From an uncultured bacterium (GTDB taxonomy: Bacteria > Krumholzibacteriota > Krumholzibacteriia > Krumholzibacteriales > Krumholzibacteriaceae), in NCBI GenBank assembly GCA_963813815.1, contig CAWFAD010000016.1, positions 64,001-128,000 on the forward strand: a stretch of 64,000 nt of DNA. Reading direction: 5' to 3'. Positions 11,432 through 21,911 of the stretch are shown piece by piece. The notes beneath the pieces were generated by a model. That model was not told the origin of the DNA, did not search any database, and was given only the letters and a program-made list of their open reading frames with translations. Position 1 is the first letter of the stretch. Every line of letters starts with the position of its first letter. The position numbers and the translations under genes were made by a program.

Positions 11432-13307
11432 ATGAGTTATAAGGGCAAAGGGGATTGCGCGGTTATCGTGGTCGGGGCCGGGCATGCCGGGATAGAGGCG
11501 GCCCTCGCCGCGGCAAGGATGGGGCACGAGACCCTTCTCATCACGATGAGCCGCGGGGATGTGGCGCGAATGCCGTGCAACCCTGCCATAGGAGGGCTCG
11601 CCAAGGGACAGCTCGTCCGCGAGATCGACGCGCTGGGCGGCGAGATGGGGCTCGCGATCGACGAAACGGGGATTCAGTTCAGAATGCTGAACCGGGCGAA
11701 GGGCCCGGCGGTATGGTCCCCGCGCGCCCAAGCCGACAAGAAGGCGTACCACCGGCGGATGCTCTCGGTCATCGAGGGGCAGGAGCGCCTGAAGCTCGTC
11801 GAGAACGAGGTGGCGGCGCTTCTGATCAGGGACGGGGCGGTCGAAGGGGTCGAATTGGCGAGCGGCGAGAAAATCAGGGCGGCGAGGGTGATTTGCGCCC
11901 TCGGCACTTTTCCGAATGGGCTCATGCATATCGGAGAAGAGAGCTTTCCGGGGGGAAGGGAAAACGAGCCTCCCTCCTGCCGGCTCGCGGACCAGCTCGC
12001 GTCGATCGGCCTCGAGCGAGGCCGGCTCAAGACGGGCACTCCGGCGCGCCTCGCGAGCGGGAGCATAGACTTCTCGCGATGCGAGGGGCAGCCCGGAGAC
12101 GAGACCCCCGCTCCCTTCTCGTTTCGGACGAAAGCCATAACGGGGCGCCAATCCCTTTGCTACATTACATATACCAATGAGGGCACCCATGCGGTGATTC
12201 GCGAGAACCTCGGCAGATCGCCTCTCTACGCGGGGAGGATCAAAGGTATCGGCCCCCGGTATTGCCCATCGATCGAGGACAAGGTGGTCCGCTTCTCCGA
12301 GAGGAAGCGCCACCAGCTCTTCTTGGAGCCCGAGGGGCTCGATTCGGATGAAATCTACGTCAACGGGCTCTCGACGAGCCTCCCGCGCGACGTTCAAGAG
12401 AAGATGGTAAGGACGATAGTCGGGCTCGAGAACGCCCGGATCGTCCGCTATGGGTATGCCATAGAATACGATTACTTCCCGCCGCATCAGATCTTCCCCA
12501 CCCTCGAGTCGCGGATCGTTCGGGGGCTTTTCTTCGCGGGGCAGGTAAACGGCACCTCGGGTTACGAGGAGGCCGCCGCGCAGGGAATCGTGGCGGGGAT
12601 AAACGCAGCGCTCGGCATCGAAGGCCGGGAGCCCTTCGTCCTCGGCAGGCATCAGGGATATATCGGGGTCCTCATCGATGACCTCGTTACAAAGGACATT
12701 GACGAGCCTTACCGGATGTTCACGTCCCGGGCGGAGCACAGGCTCATCCTTAGACAGGACAACGCGGACGAAAGGCTCTTCAAGTTTGGCGCGCGATACG
12801 GGCTCCTCCCCCGCTCGCTCTGGCGGGAGATGGCGAGCCGGAGGAGGCGGGTCGCGAGGGCGCACCGCACGCTCGAGAGGCTCTCCGTATCGCACGGCTC
12901 TCGCGGGCAAGGTCCGGGCGATCGAGCTCATGAGACGCCCCGCGACGACTCTTCGGGATATCGAGAGCGCGCTTCCGCCCGAGGTCCTCGCGCTCGACCG
13001 GCGCGAGAAGGAGGCCCTCGAGACCGGCATTAAATACGAGGGGTACATCGCGCGGCAGAGAAAGCTCGTGGAGAGAATGCGCGGCCTCGAGCGGATGAGA
13101 GTTCCCCCCGGATTTTCCTTCGATATCGCGGCGCTGAGCGCCGAGGCGAGGCAGAAGCTCGCGAAGTTCCGGCCGGTCACCCTCGGACAAGCCTCGAGGA
13201 TAGCGGGAGTGCGGAGCTCCGACATCTCGATTCTCATGATTTTGCTGGACAGGCGCGGAAAAGAAGCGGATAAGAGGCGGAAGGCGCCGGGGATCGCGGG
13301 AGAATGA
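11432..13307 (+). CDS. mnmG: tRNA modification enzyme MnmG; +1 frameshift near 12880-12900
   Basis: VVGAGHAGIEAA, CNPAIGG, GPRYCPSIEDK, GQVNGTSGYEEAAAQG. The C-terminus (IKYEGYI...GQASRIAGV) is in the frame of ORF 12678..13307. Confidence 0.93.
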
Positions 13308-13333
13308 GGCCCACCGTCCCGGTAGCCGCGGGT

Positions 13334-13349
13334 TGTTTCACGTGAAACA
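13334..13349. promoter_or_regulatory. parS: parS site
   Basis: TGTTTCACGTGAAACA, perfect consensus palindrome. Confidence 0.93.
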
Positions 13350-13417
13350 GCCCGGGACGGGGCGAACGCCCCCACCCCCGACGCGGGAACGAAGCGAAGA
13401 CGCGGGAGCGAAACGAA

Positions 13418-14062
13418 ATGGAGCAGTGGATCTCGGCGGCCCTCGCCTCGAGCGGGCTCGAGGATCTCCCGGCTGCCCGGCTGGAGATGCTCGAGGCGTT
13501 TGTGGGAGAGGTCGCGATCTGGAGCGAAAAAATCCACCTCCTCGGCAAGGGCCGGCTCCAGGAAAACCTTCGACTACAGACCCTCGATTCGCTCCTTTTG
13601 CTGGCGGCGGCCGAGAGAGAGGCCGCGGACGCCTTTGCGGCGCCCGAGGCGCGGCTCGCGGACATAGGGTCGGGAGCCGGATTTCCGGGTCTCGTCTGGA
13701 AGATAGCGAAGCCGGAGATCCGGGCGGTGCTTTTCGAGCGCAGGCTCAAGGCGCACATATTTCTCGAGCGAACCATCGCGGTTCTGGGCCTCTCGGGAAC
13801 GGAGGCCCGCGAAGGAGACGCCGCCGCTTGCGCGGGCGTGGGCTCCTTCGGGATCGTAACCTCCAAAGCGGCGGGGCGGCTCGACGCGATGCTGCCGATC
13901 GCAGAGCGACTGCTCGCCCCGCGCGGCATCTACGTGACGATCAAAGGGGCTTCCCGCGGCAAGGAGCTCGATTTCTCGAGGAGCGGCGCCATGCGGCCGT
14001 TTGCCGAGATAGAGCTCCCGGAAAAGCGCGGACTCGCCCTATTGTTCAGGAAATCCGAATAG
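13418..14062 (+). CDS. rsmG: 16S rRNA m7G527 methyltransferase RsmG
   Basis: LDSL, DIGSGAGFPGL; follows mnmG. Confidence 0.92.
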   Translation: MEQWISAALASSGLEDLPAARLEMLEAFVGEVAIWSEKIHLLGKGRLQENLRLQTLDSLLLLAAAEREAADAFAAPEARLADIGSGAGFPGLVWKIAKPEIRAVLFERRLKAHIFLERTIAVLGLSGTEAREGDAAACAGVGSFGIVTSKAAGRLDAMLPIAERLLAPRGIYVTIKGASRGKELDFSRSGAMRPFAEIELPEKRGLALLFRKSE

Positions 14063-14098
14063 AGGCCGAGCGGCGCGGCTCGGGAGCCCGGCGGGCGC

Positions 14099-14114
14099 CG
14101 TTTCACGTGAAACG
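14099..14114. promoter_or_regulatory. parS: parS site
   Basis: CGTTTCACGTGAAACG palindrome. Confidence 0.9.
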
Positions 14115-14218
14115 CGCCCTCGAATGTCCCTTAACGGCATAATCAGCATATAAGATAGGATGTTACACACATGTTAATAAAGTGGTGCATATAATTGAGC
14201 TTCCCCCCATATTTTTCA

Positions 14219-14247
14219 TTGCGTTCCCCGAAGGGGATGTCTATAAT
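14219..14247 (+). promoter_or_regulatory. Sigma70-type promoter of the lipoprotein-parAB operon
   Basis: TTGCGT-N17-TATAAT, followed by a GGAGG RBS before ATG 14281. Confidence 0.7.
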
Positions 14248-14280
14248 GCCATTGACCCCGCCCCACCCCCGGAGGAAACA

Positions 14281-15537
14281 ATGCGTCGTAACATGTTGTA
14301 TTTAGTTCTGTTGTGCGCGTTATCAACAGCTTTGCCGCTTCTTTGCGGCTGCGAGGATACGGTCAAGTACCTCAACACGAAGCCCGAGGGCCTGGCGATC
14401 ACCTACGAAAAGTGTCACGTCGCCGCCGGCGGCAGCGTGGAGCTCTCGGGAATCGCGACCGACGCGGACGGAGACTCGCTCACGTATAAATGGAGCGCGA
14501 CCGCGGGGAGCTTTGTCCCGGCATCCGCGGCGGGCCGATACGTCGCCTGGGTGGCGCCGGCGGGCTTCGGCCCCGCCGTGGTCACGATGACCGTGACGGA
14601 CGGATTCGAATCGGTCTCGCTGCAGCAGACGATAACTGTATGTGAGCTTCTCCCCTCTTCGATCCTCGTGTCGCGTTCCATAGAGAACGCCGGCCATATG
14701 TACATAACGAAGAGCGGCGGCCCGCTCCTCATCGCGGGAAGCGCGACGGTCACGATCGACGCGGGGGTGACGATCGTCGTGGATCTCGGCGGAGGCATCG
14801 AGTCGTACGGCGGAATCGTCGCGCTCGGAACCGCGACGCAAAAGATCCGCATCATGCAGAATAGCTGCACGGGCGAAGACGGCCTCTGGACGGGCATTTA
14901 TCTCATACAAGCCGAGGCGGAAGGGGAGTTCCGGTACTGCGAGATCAGCGGAGGAACGTCCGGCGTCGCGGCGCGCGAGGCGGCGCACCTCGATATGGAG
15001 GATTGCCAGATTTACAATCACGGCGATTGCGGCCTGAACCTTTCGCTCTGGGCGACGGCGGATATACGGCGCTGCTCGATCTGGGATAACGGGCAGGGCG
15101 TTTACGTCGAGGATGCCGCGGTCGCGATGAGCCGTAGCTCGATACGTTACAGTGGCGGCGACGGCATATTCCTCATCGCCTCGACGGGCGAGGCGCAGAC
15201 GACGATCGACAGCTGCGTCGTCGCCAACAACTATACGAACGGGATCGTGATCGCCGACAACGCGATGCCGTCCATCCACTACTGCTCGATCTTCTCGAAC
15301 GGCGAGGCGGGCGCGGGCAACTACGCCGTCAGGCTTTCGTCGACCTGGACGAGCGTGCCGATCGCCGCCGAAAACAACTACTGGGGGCTCGGGAAGGACA
15401 CCGAGGCCGAGATCGCGGCGCTCATCTACGACGGCGCCGACAACCCCGTTCTCAACACCGTGGACTTCGTTCCGTGGCTCGCGGGTCCGCCGGTATCGGC
15501 GGCGGCGGGCGCGGCGGGGACTCAATGGGCAAGATAA
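14281..15537 (+). CDS. Putative lipoprotein with PKD/Ig-like domain and right-handed parallel beta-helix
   Basis: Signal ending [18 protein letters not shown] (PKD-like); repeated C.I..N...G.. rungs; AENNYWG...DFVPWL C-terminal pattern. Confidence 0.75.
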   Translation: MRRNMLYLVLLCALSTALPLLCGCEDTVKYLNTKPEGLAITYEKCHVAAGGSVELSGIATDADGDSLTYKWSATAGSFVPASAAGRYVAWVAPAGFGPAVVTMTVTDGFESVSLQQTITVCELLPSSILVSRSIENAGHMYITKSGGPLLIAGSATVTIDAGVTIVVDLGGGIESYGGIVALGTATQKIRIMQNSCTGEDGLWTGIYLIQAEAEGEFRYCEISGGTSGVAAREAAHLDMEDCQIYNHGDCGLNLSLWATADIRRCSIWDNGQGVYVEDAAVAMSRSSIRYSGGDGIFLIASTGEAQTTIDSCVVANNYTNGIVIADNAMPSIHYCSIFSNGEAGAGNYAVRLSSTWTSVPIAAENNYWGLGKDTEAEIAALIYDGADNPVLNTVDFVPWLAGPPVSAAAGAAGTQWAR

Positions 15538-16361
15538 TAGCCATCGCGAATCAGAAGGGGGGCGTCGGAAAGACGACGACCGCCGTGAACCTCGGCGCGA
15601 GCATGGGCGCGGCGGAGCATCGCGTCCTCCTCGTTGACGCCGACCCGCAGGCGAACGCCTCGAGCGGATTCGGCGTGCGCGCCGCGGAGAATGAGGCCAC
15701 GATCTACGAAGTGCTGCTCGGCGAGACGACGGCCGCCGAGACGATCCGGAAGGTCGATCTCATCGACCTGTTGCCGAGCCACCAGAGGCTGAGCGGCGCC
15801 GAGTACGAGCTCGTCTCGCAGATGGCCCGCGAGAGAAAGCTCAAGGACGCGCTCGAGGGGATCAAGGATCGCTACGACTACATCGTCATCGACTCGCCGC
15901 CGAGCCTCGGGCTCCTCACGCTCAACACGCTCACGGCCGCCGATTCGGTTCTCATCCCGATTCAATGCGAGTACTACGCGCTCGAGGGGCTGAGCCAGCT
16001 CCTCAACACGATACGCATGGTGCAAAAGCATCTCAATTTGGATTTGCGGATCGAGGGAGTGCTCCTCACGATGTTCGACAAGCGGCTCAATCTCTCGAAT
16101 CAGGTGGCGCAGGAGGCGATCTCGTACTTCGGCGACAAGGTGTACGACACCGTGATTCCGCGGAACGTGCGGCTGAGCGAATGTCCGAGCTTCGGACGGC
16201 CGATCATTCTCTACGACGTGCAGAGCGCGGGCGCGACGAGCTATCTCAAGCTCGCCCGCGAGGTCGTCGAGAAGCAGGGGAGAAGCGAGGGGCACGAGAA
16301 GCGCGCGGCGGCCGCCGCGGGCGAGCCGGCGGCGCGCGGCGGGAGAGTGCAGGCCAAATGA
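15525..16361 (+). CDS. parA: Chromosome partitioning ATPase ParA/Soj
   Basis: [48 protein letters not shown]. Confidence 0.97.
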   Translation: MGKIIAIANQKGGVGKTTTAVNLGASMGAAEHRVLLVDADPQANASSGFGVRAAENEATIYEVLLGETTAAETIRKVDLIDLLPSHQRLSGAEYELVSQMARERKLKDALEGIKDRYDYIVIDSPPSLGLLTLNTLTAADSVLIPIQCEYYALEGLSQLLNTIRMVQKHLNLDLRIEGVLLTMFDKRLNLSNQVAQEAISYFGDKVYDTVIPRNVRLSECPSFGRPIILYDVQSAGATSYLKLAREVVEKQGRSEGHEKRAAAAAGEPAARGGRVQAK

Positions 16362-17215
16362 CGAAGAAGGTTCTCGGCAGGGGCCTCGAGGCGCTCATCT
16401 CTCAGGATCTGAGAGAGAGCGTTTCGGAGACCGAGCGGGTGAAGGAGCTCGACGTCGCGAGGATCGATCCGAACCCGCATCAGCCGCGGGCGAGCTTCGA
16501 CGAGGAGCACCTGCGCGAGCTCGCCGAGTCGATCCGGCGGCACGGCGTGCTGCAGCCGATCGTCGTTCGTCGCGCGGGAGACCGGTACGAGCTCGTTCTC
16601 GGCGAGCGCCGGCTGCGCGCCGGCAAGCTCGCCGGGCTCACGGCCATCCCCGCCATCGTGCGCGAGGTCGACGACGCCGAGTCGCTGAAGCAGGCGCTCA
16701 TGGAAAATCTCCAACGCGAGGATCTGAACGCGATCGAGGAGGCCCGCGGCTACGAGCTCCTGCGGAGCGAGTTCTCCCTTTCGGCCAAGGATATCGCCGA
16801 CATGATCGGCAAGGACCGCAGCACCGTCGCGAACAGCCTCCGCATTCTCGCGCTTCCGGATGAAGTGAAGGACCTCATCGCGGCGGGCCGCCTCACGGCC
16901 GGGCACGCGCGGGCCCTTCTCTCGATCGAGGGCGCGGACGCGCAGATCGAGTGGGCGAGAAAGATCGTGAGCGAGAGCCTCACCGTGCGCGAGATCGAGC
17001 GCACGGCGCCGGGCAAGCCGCGCAGGGGAAAGCGCCGCGCGCGCCGGCAGCTCGAGGCCGAGCTGCGGGCGGTCGAGGAGGGGCTCGAGACGCATCTCGG
17101 AACGCGCGTGCGGATCGCGCCGCACGGAGCGGGCGGCCACATCGGAATCGAGTATTATTCCACCGAGGATCTCGAGCGGATCCTCGAACGAATCGGCATG
17201 AAGCTTCCATCCTAG
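16358..17215 (+). CDS. parB: Chromosome partitioning protein ParB/Spo0J
   Basis: [48 protein letters not shown]. Confidence 0.97.
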   Translation: MTKKVLGRGLEALISQDLRESVSETERVKELDVARIDPNPHQPRASFDEEHLRELAESIRRHGVLQPIVVRRAGDRYELVLGERRLRAGKLAGLTAIPAIVREVDDAESLKQALMENLQREDLNAIEEARGYELLRSEFSLSAKDIADMIGKDRSTVANSLRILALPDEVKDLIAAGRLTAGHARALLSIEGADAQIEWARKIVSESLTVREIERTAPGKPRRGKRRARRQLEAELRAVEEGLETHLGTRVRIAPHGAGGHIGIEYYSTEDLERILERIGMKLPS

Positions 17216-17217
17216 CC

Positions 17218-17997
17218 ATGGTAAAGGGAAGATTCTCCGTCATCATCGTCCCGCACGACATCCGCAAGACGCGGACGTATCGCGTTTCGTACGGCATTTT
17301 CTACTCGATACTCGCCCTTGCCGGGGTGGGGCTCGTCGTGGTGCTGTTTTTCATCGCGACGTACGGAGCGCTCCTCATCAGGACGCGCGAGTTCAGGCTC
17401 TACAAACTTCAGGTCGAGGAGCTGACGAAGCGGCAGGAGCAGATGAGCGAGCTCCAGAGAAATCTCGCCGAGCTTCGCGCCTTGAACGCGCAGGTGCGGC
17501 ACATGCTCGGTCTCGGGCTCGCGCCACAAGACAGCCTCGCGCTCGCGGCGGGCGGGCGTTCGGGCGCCGAGACGAGGCAGGGTTCGCGGCTCGAGCAGGC
17601 GTCGATGCTGCGGGCGATTCCGACCTTCTGGCCCGTGAGGGGATTCATCACGAGGCGTTTCACGGGAGCGGGGGGCGGGGCGGCGGAGGCGCTCCACGGG
17701 GGAATCGACATCGCCGTCGAGCGCGGAACGCCGGTTCGGGCGGCCGCGGGGGGGTACGTGACGGAGGCGGGCTGGAGCAACGACTACGGGTATTACGCGC
17801 AGGTCGATCACGGGTACGGCATAAAAACACTTTACGGGCACGCCGATATGCTGGTAGTAGTTAAGGGGGAGCGGGTGACCCAGGGGCAGACGATCGCTTA
17901 CTCGGGCAACACGGGGAAGAGCTCGGCGCCGCATCTTCATTTTCAGGTGACGCAGGGCAACGTTCCCGTGGACCCTTTGAAATATCTTCTTCAGTGA
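17218..17997 (+). CDS. M23-family metallopeptidase with N-terminal TM and coiled coil
   Basis: HGGID, YGH and PHLHF zinc motifs. Confidence 0.9.
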   Translation: MVKGRFSVIIVPHDIRKTRTYRVSYGIFYSILALAGVGLVVVLFFIATYGALLIRTREFRLYKLQVEELTKRQEQMSELQRNLAELRALNAQVRHMLGLGLAPQDSLALAAGGRSGAETRQGSRLEQASMLRAIPTFWPVRGFITRRFTGAGGGAAEALHGGIDIAVERGTPVRAAAGGYVTEAGWSNDYGYYAQVDHGYGIKTLYGHADMLVVVKGERVTQGQTIAYSGNTGKSSAPHLHFQVTQGNVPVDPLKYLLQ

Positions 17998-18047
17998 GGT
18001 GCAGCATGATCGGGGGAAAGAAAGAGGCGAGGAAGGAGGATGTGGCA

Positions 18048-18482
18048 ATGTTCGGCAAAGAGGGAGAGAGCGTCGCAGGGGAGGGAAAGATGAACTCGAT
18101 AATCGGAAAAGGCTGCAAGATCAACGGCACGGTCACGATCAGCGAGGGCACGATCCGCATCGACGGGGAATTCGAGGGGAACATCACTTGCCCCGATACG
18201 CTCGTCATCGGCAAGGACGGCCACGTGAAGGCCGAGATCAAGGTGAAGGGCGCGGTCGTCGGCGGAACCGTCATCGGCAACATCGACGCCAAGGAGAAGA
18301 TCGAGCTCCAGGCGGGCTCGCGCCTCGAGGGAGACATCAAGACGAGCCGCCTCGTCATCGACGAGGGCGTCTTCTTCGAGGGGAACTGCAAAATGAGCCC
18401 CGAGGGAGCCCGCCCCGCAGGCGTCGGGATGGGGATGCCGGGAATGCAGCCGAAGCCGCAGACTCCGGTTCCCACGAGGTAA
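18048..18482 (+). CDS. Bactofilin (polymer-forming cytoskeletal protein)
   Basis: MFGK N-terminus, SIIGKG..ING...IRIDG.FEG, IDEGVFFEGNCKM; AAGGAGGA RBS. Confidence 0.92.
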   Translation: MFGKEGESVAGEGKMNSIIGKGCKINGTVTISEGTIRIDGEFEGNITCPDTLVIGKDGHVKAEIKVKGAVVGGTVIGNIDAKEKIELQAGSRLEGDIKTSRLVIDEGVFFEGNCKMSPEGARPAGVGMGMPGMQPKPQTPVPTR

Positions 18483-18565
18483 TCCGGCGACGAGCGGCCC
18501 GCAGCTCGCCCCGCATCGCATGTCGTCGCGCCGCCGGCCGGCCGGCCGGCCGGGCGTGCGCATAG

Positions 18566-18606
18566 CAAAAAGGAAGGCGTCCATGGAGGACGCCTTCGCT
18601 TTTTTG
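18566..18606. terminator. Bidirectional intrinsic terminator
   Basis: A-run, GAAGGCGTCC-N5-GGACGCCTTC stem, T-run; between convergent genes. Confidence 0.8.
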
Positions 18607-18657
18607 GGCCTTGTGGTGGTTGGCCGGCCCGTAGCCAACGAGAAGTGATACCAGCCG

Positions 18658-19104
18658 CTATTTAACCTTTACTTCGATTTCTTTCGGCTTTGCCTTCTCC
18701 ACCTTGGGGATGGCGAGCTTGAGGACTCCGTCCTTGAACTCCGCCTCGATCCCGTTGCGGTTCACGTTCTCGGGGAGCGTGAACGTTCTGATGAACTGGC
18801 CGTAGCAGCGCTCGGCGAGACGATAGTTCTCCTCTTTTTTCTCTTCCTCGATCTTGCGCTCGCCGCGGAGCGTGAGCATGTTGTCCTGAATCTCGATCTT
18901 GATGTCTTCCTTTTTCATGCCCGGAAGATCCGCATTGAGCTCGAAGCCGCCGTTCGCCTCGACGATGTCGACGCGCGGCGCCCAGCGGATGAAGTTGGCT
19001 TCGCCCTTCGCGGTGTCCGTGCCGAAGAAATCTCCGAGCAGCATGTTCATCTCTTCCTGAAGCCCGAACATGTCCCGAACCGGATTCCATCTTACGATCG
19101 CCAT
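18658..19104 (-). CDS. Hsp20/alpha-crystallin small heat shock protein
   Basis: WAPRVDI, ADLPG, ERCYGQF.RTFTLP, AEFKDGVL; AAGGAGG RBS. Confidence 0.95.
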   Translation of the reverse strand: MAIVRWNPVRDMFGLQEEMNMLLGDFFGTDTAKGEANFIRWAPRVDIVEANGGFELNADLPGMKKEDIKIEIQDNMLTLRGERKIEEEKKEENYRLAERCYGQFIRTFTLPENVNRNGIEAEFKDGVLKLAIPKVEKAKPKEIEVKVK

Positions 19105-19168
19105 GGCTGAACCCTCCTTGGTCATAACGTTTAGCGTTTCCCATCGTCGTCTTTCGCTTGGTGAAAAA

Positions 19169-19184
19169 TGCAGAATGCGTGCCA
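19169..19184 (-). promoter_or_regulatory. Sigma54 (-24/-12) promoter of hsp20
   Basis: Minus strand TGGCACGCATTCTGCA, GG-N10-GC spacing. Confidence 0.7.
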
Positions 19185-19361
19185 TTCGGCGGGCTTCGAT
19201 GCAACGCATTATATTATATATGGTTGGGTCATTGCGACGCGGCGCGCCAATTTAGCGCAGCAGCGGCAGAACGACAAAACGAGCCATGCCGGCAGGCGTG
19301 GCGCATGACGGCTGCCATATTGGCAGGCGATGCATTTGAACTTACCGAATTGAGGCGATGG

Positions 19362-21116
19362 CTATTTGCGGGGCGGTTTCCGAGTCAACTCCGCTAGGAG
19401 CTGCCGGGCCGTTCGCGTGTTGAGGATGTTCTCCTTCGTGAGCCAGCCGCGCCGCGCCGTGCCGACTCCATATATAATGTTCTGGAGCTCCGGAAGGACG
19501 TGCGTGTCGGTGCCGATTGCGATTTTTACGCCGGCCGCGGAGGCGAGGCGGCAGCTGCCGGAGTCGAGGTCGAGCCGCGCCGGGTGGGCGTTGATCTCGA
19601 TGGCCGTGCCGGCGCGCGCCGCGGCGGCGAAGACCTCGGCCATGTCGATTTCGTAGGCGTCGCGGACGCCGATGAGGCGGCCCGTGGGATGCGCGAGAAT
19701 GTGGGCCCGGGGATGATCGATCGCCGCCACGACGCGCCGGGTCATCGCGTCGCGCTTCATCTTGAAGTTCGAATGAACGGCGACATAAACGAGATCGAGC
19801 CTCTCGAGAAGGTCCTCGCGCATGTCGAGCGAGCCGTCCGGGAGGATGTCGACCTCGCTCCCCTTGAGCAGCCGAAAGCCTCGCAGGCGATCGTTGACGG
19901 AGTCGATCTCGTCCATCTGCCGGCGGAGCCGCGCGGGGGAGAGGCCGTTCGCGACATGGAGGCCCTGCGAGTGATCGGTGATGAGCATGTAGGAGTAGCC
20001 GCGCTTCCTCGCGGCGGAGGCTATCTCCTCGAGCGTCGCCTCGCCGTCGCTGTAGCTCGAATGGCAGTGGAGATCCCCCCTGATATCGGAAAGCTCGACG
20101 AGCCGCGGGAGCGATCCCGCGCGCGCCGCCTCGATCTCGCCCGAGTCCTCGCGGATCTCGGGCGGAATGTAGGGAAGCCCGAGCGCCCGGTAGACCTCCT
20201 CCTCGGTCTTTCCCGCCACGCGGATCTCCTTGGCGCCCGCGCGCCCGGCGCCCTTCGCCCCCCGGAACACCCCGTACTCGCTGAGCTTGAGCCCCCGCTC
20301 GATCGCGATCTCGCGGAGACGTATGTTGTGCTCCTTTGAGCCCGTGAAATAGTTGAGCGCCGAGCCGAAAGAGCTCTCCTCGACGACGCGGAGATCGATT
20401 TGAATGCCGTCGCGTGTCACGACGCTCCCCTTGGTCGAGCCCTCGGCGAGAACGCGGGAGACCTCTTCGAGGCGCGCAAAGGCCGCGATCACCTTTTCGG
20501 GCGAAGGGGATGCGCAGAGGATATCGATGTCGCCGACCGTCTCGCGGAATCGCCGAAGGCTTCCCGCCGCCTCGACCTTTTTCACGTCGGGGCGCTTCTC
20601 GAGCTCGGCCACGATGCGCCGCGCGAGCGGAAGGGCGGCTCCTATCGGCGTGCGGCCGAGGGCGCGGCTCAGAAACTCGAGCCCCTTGAGAATATTCTCC
20701 TCGGTCTTGGCCTTCATCTTCGGGAGGTTTTGAATGCGGTGGTCGATGGCGGCCCGACGAAGCTCCTCGAGGGAGGAAACGCCGAGCTCCTCGTGGAGCC
20801 GGACCGCGGTTTTCGGTCCAACCCCGGGGATGCGGAGCATATCGAGGAGGATCGCCGGGGTTTCCTCGCGGAGCTCGTTCAGGTAGCGAATCTCGCCGGT
20901 CTCGATGAACTCGGCGATCTTGGACGCGAGATCCTTGCCGATGCCCGGAAGCTCAGTGAGGGCGTTCTCCGCCGCCGCGTCCTCGATCGGACGGGCGAGC
21001 CCCTCGACGGTCTGCGCCCCGCGCCGATAGGCGTTGATGCGGAAAACATTTTCTCCGCGAAGCTCGAGGATATCGGCGATTTCGCCGAAGAGAGCCGCGA
21101 TGTCCTTGTTCTTCAT
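19362..21116 (-). CDS. polX: DNA polymerase X with PHP domain
   Basis: GSLRR..ETVGDIDIL, IDLR, YFTGSKEHN; PHP motifs DLHCHS, TDHS, HPTGR. Confidence 0.95.
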   Translation of the reverse strand: MKNKDIAALFGEIADILELRGENVFRINAYRRGAQTVEGLARPIEDAAAENALTELPGIGKDLASKIAEFIETGEIRYLNELREETPAILLDMLRIPGVGPKTAVRLHEELGVSSLEELRRAAIDHRIQNLPKMKAKTEENILKGLEFLSRALGRTPIGAALPLARRIVAELEKRPDVKKVEAAGSLRRFRETVGDIDILCASPSPEKVIAAFARLEEVSRVLAEGSTKGSVVTRDGIQIDLRVVEESSFGSALNYFTGSKEHNIRLREIAIERGLKLSEYGVFRGAKGAGRAGAKEIRVAGKTEEEVYRALGLPYIPPEIREDSGEIEAARAGSLPRLVELSDIRGDLHCHSSYSDGEATLEEIASAARKRGYSYMLITDHSQGLHVANGLSPARLRRQMDEIDSVNDRLRGFRLLKGSEVDILPDGSLDMREDLLERLDLVYVAVHSNFKMKRDAMTRRVVAAIDHPRAHILAHPTGRLIGVRDAYEIDMAEVFAAAARAGTAIEINAHPARLDLDSGSCRLASAAGVKIAIGTDTHVLPELQNIIYGVGTARRGWLTKENILNTRTARQLLAELTRKPPRK

Positions 21117-21226
21117 AATGCCGCCCCGAGGATGAAGGCGCCGGGGCGCGATGATTGTAGCATAGGAGGGCGCGAGGGTAATATAATCTCCTGCGTCGCG
21201 TCCGCGGGGGCGCGGGGGAGATCTCG

Positions 21227-21904
21227 ATGCGCCGAGCAAAACGAAAGGGCGCGGAGGCGGGGCGGGTCCGAGCGGCAGCCTCCTGCGGGCTAGCGCTCCT
21301 CGCCCTGCCGGGCTGCTTCACCTACTCGTCGTATCAATCCGCGCGCATCGTCGAAAAGGGGGGCGCGCAGGGCGCGCTCGCCGTCTCGCGAAGCAGGATC
21401 GTGCGCGAAGGCCCGGACGAAGATACGTGGTGGGCGATCGAGGGGGGCGCGCGTTTCGGGCTCGCCAAGCGAGTGGACGGGTCGTTTCTCCTCTCCCTCT
21501 TCCCGGACGTTCAGGAGGGATGGGGCGCCGCCGTGCTCACGATTGACGTGCGGGGCGGCATCGTCGAGAACTACATCGCGGCGGTGATGCCGGTGAGCGC
21601 GACGCTCGGGGATTCTTACCTCGCGTCGCTTCGCGTGCAGCCGGGCCTCGTCGCGACGCTCCCGCTCGGAGACCGCGCCGAGATAAACGGCTCGGCGCGG
21701 GCGCACATCTTCGTTCGCGCGACGGATCTCTTCGCGATGGGGTACAACGTCGGTCTCGGGCTCAAGAGCGAGTCGGGCGCGTGGACGATCCGCCCCGAGC
21801 TCGGGTGGATGCGTTTCGCCGGGGAGCACGAAGGGTTGACGTACGCGCAGTACGGAATCGGAATGGAATTTCGGGCGCCGCGAAAGAGCGCCGGCAAGGA
21901 GTGA
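21227..21904 (+). CDS. Hypothetical beta-rich lipoprotein
   Basis: Lipobox-like LPGC followed by amphipathic strands. Confidence 0.6.
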   Translation: MRRAKRKGAEAGRVRAAASCGLALLALPGCFTYSSYQSARIVEKGGAQGALAVSRSRIVREGPDEDTWWAIEGGARFGLAKRVDGSFLLSLFPDVQEGWGAAVLTIDVRGGIVENYIAAVMPVSATLGDSYLASLRVQPGLVATLPLGDRAEINGSARAHIFVRATDLFAMGYNVGLGLKSESGAWTIRPELGWMRFAGEHEGLTYAQYGIGMEFRAPRKSAGKE

Positions 21905-21911
21905 GAATCGA

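Noticed and set aside
18531..18553. GCCG tandem run as a repeat element
   Set aside because: Short low-complexity GC sequence with no dispersed copies noticed.
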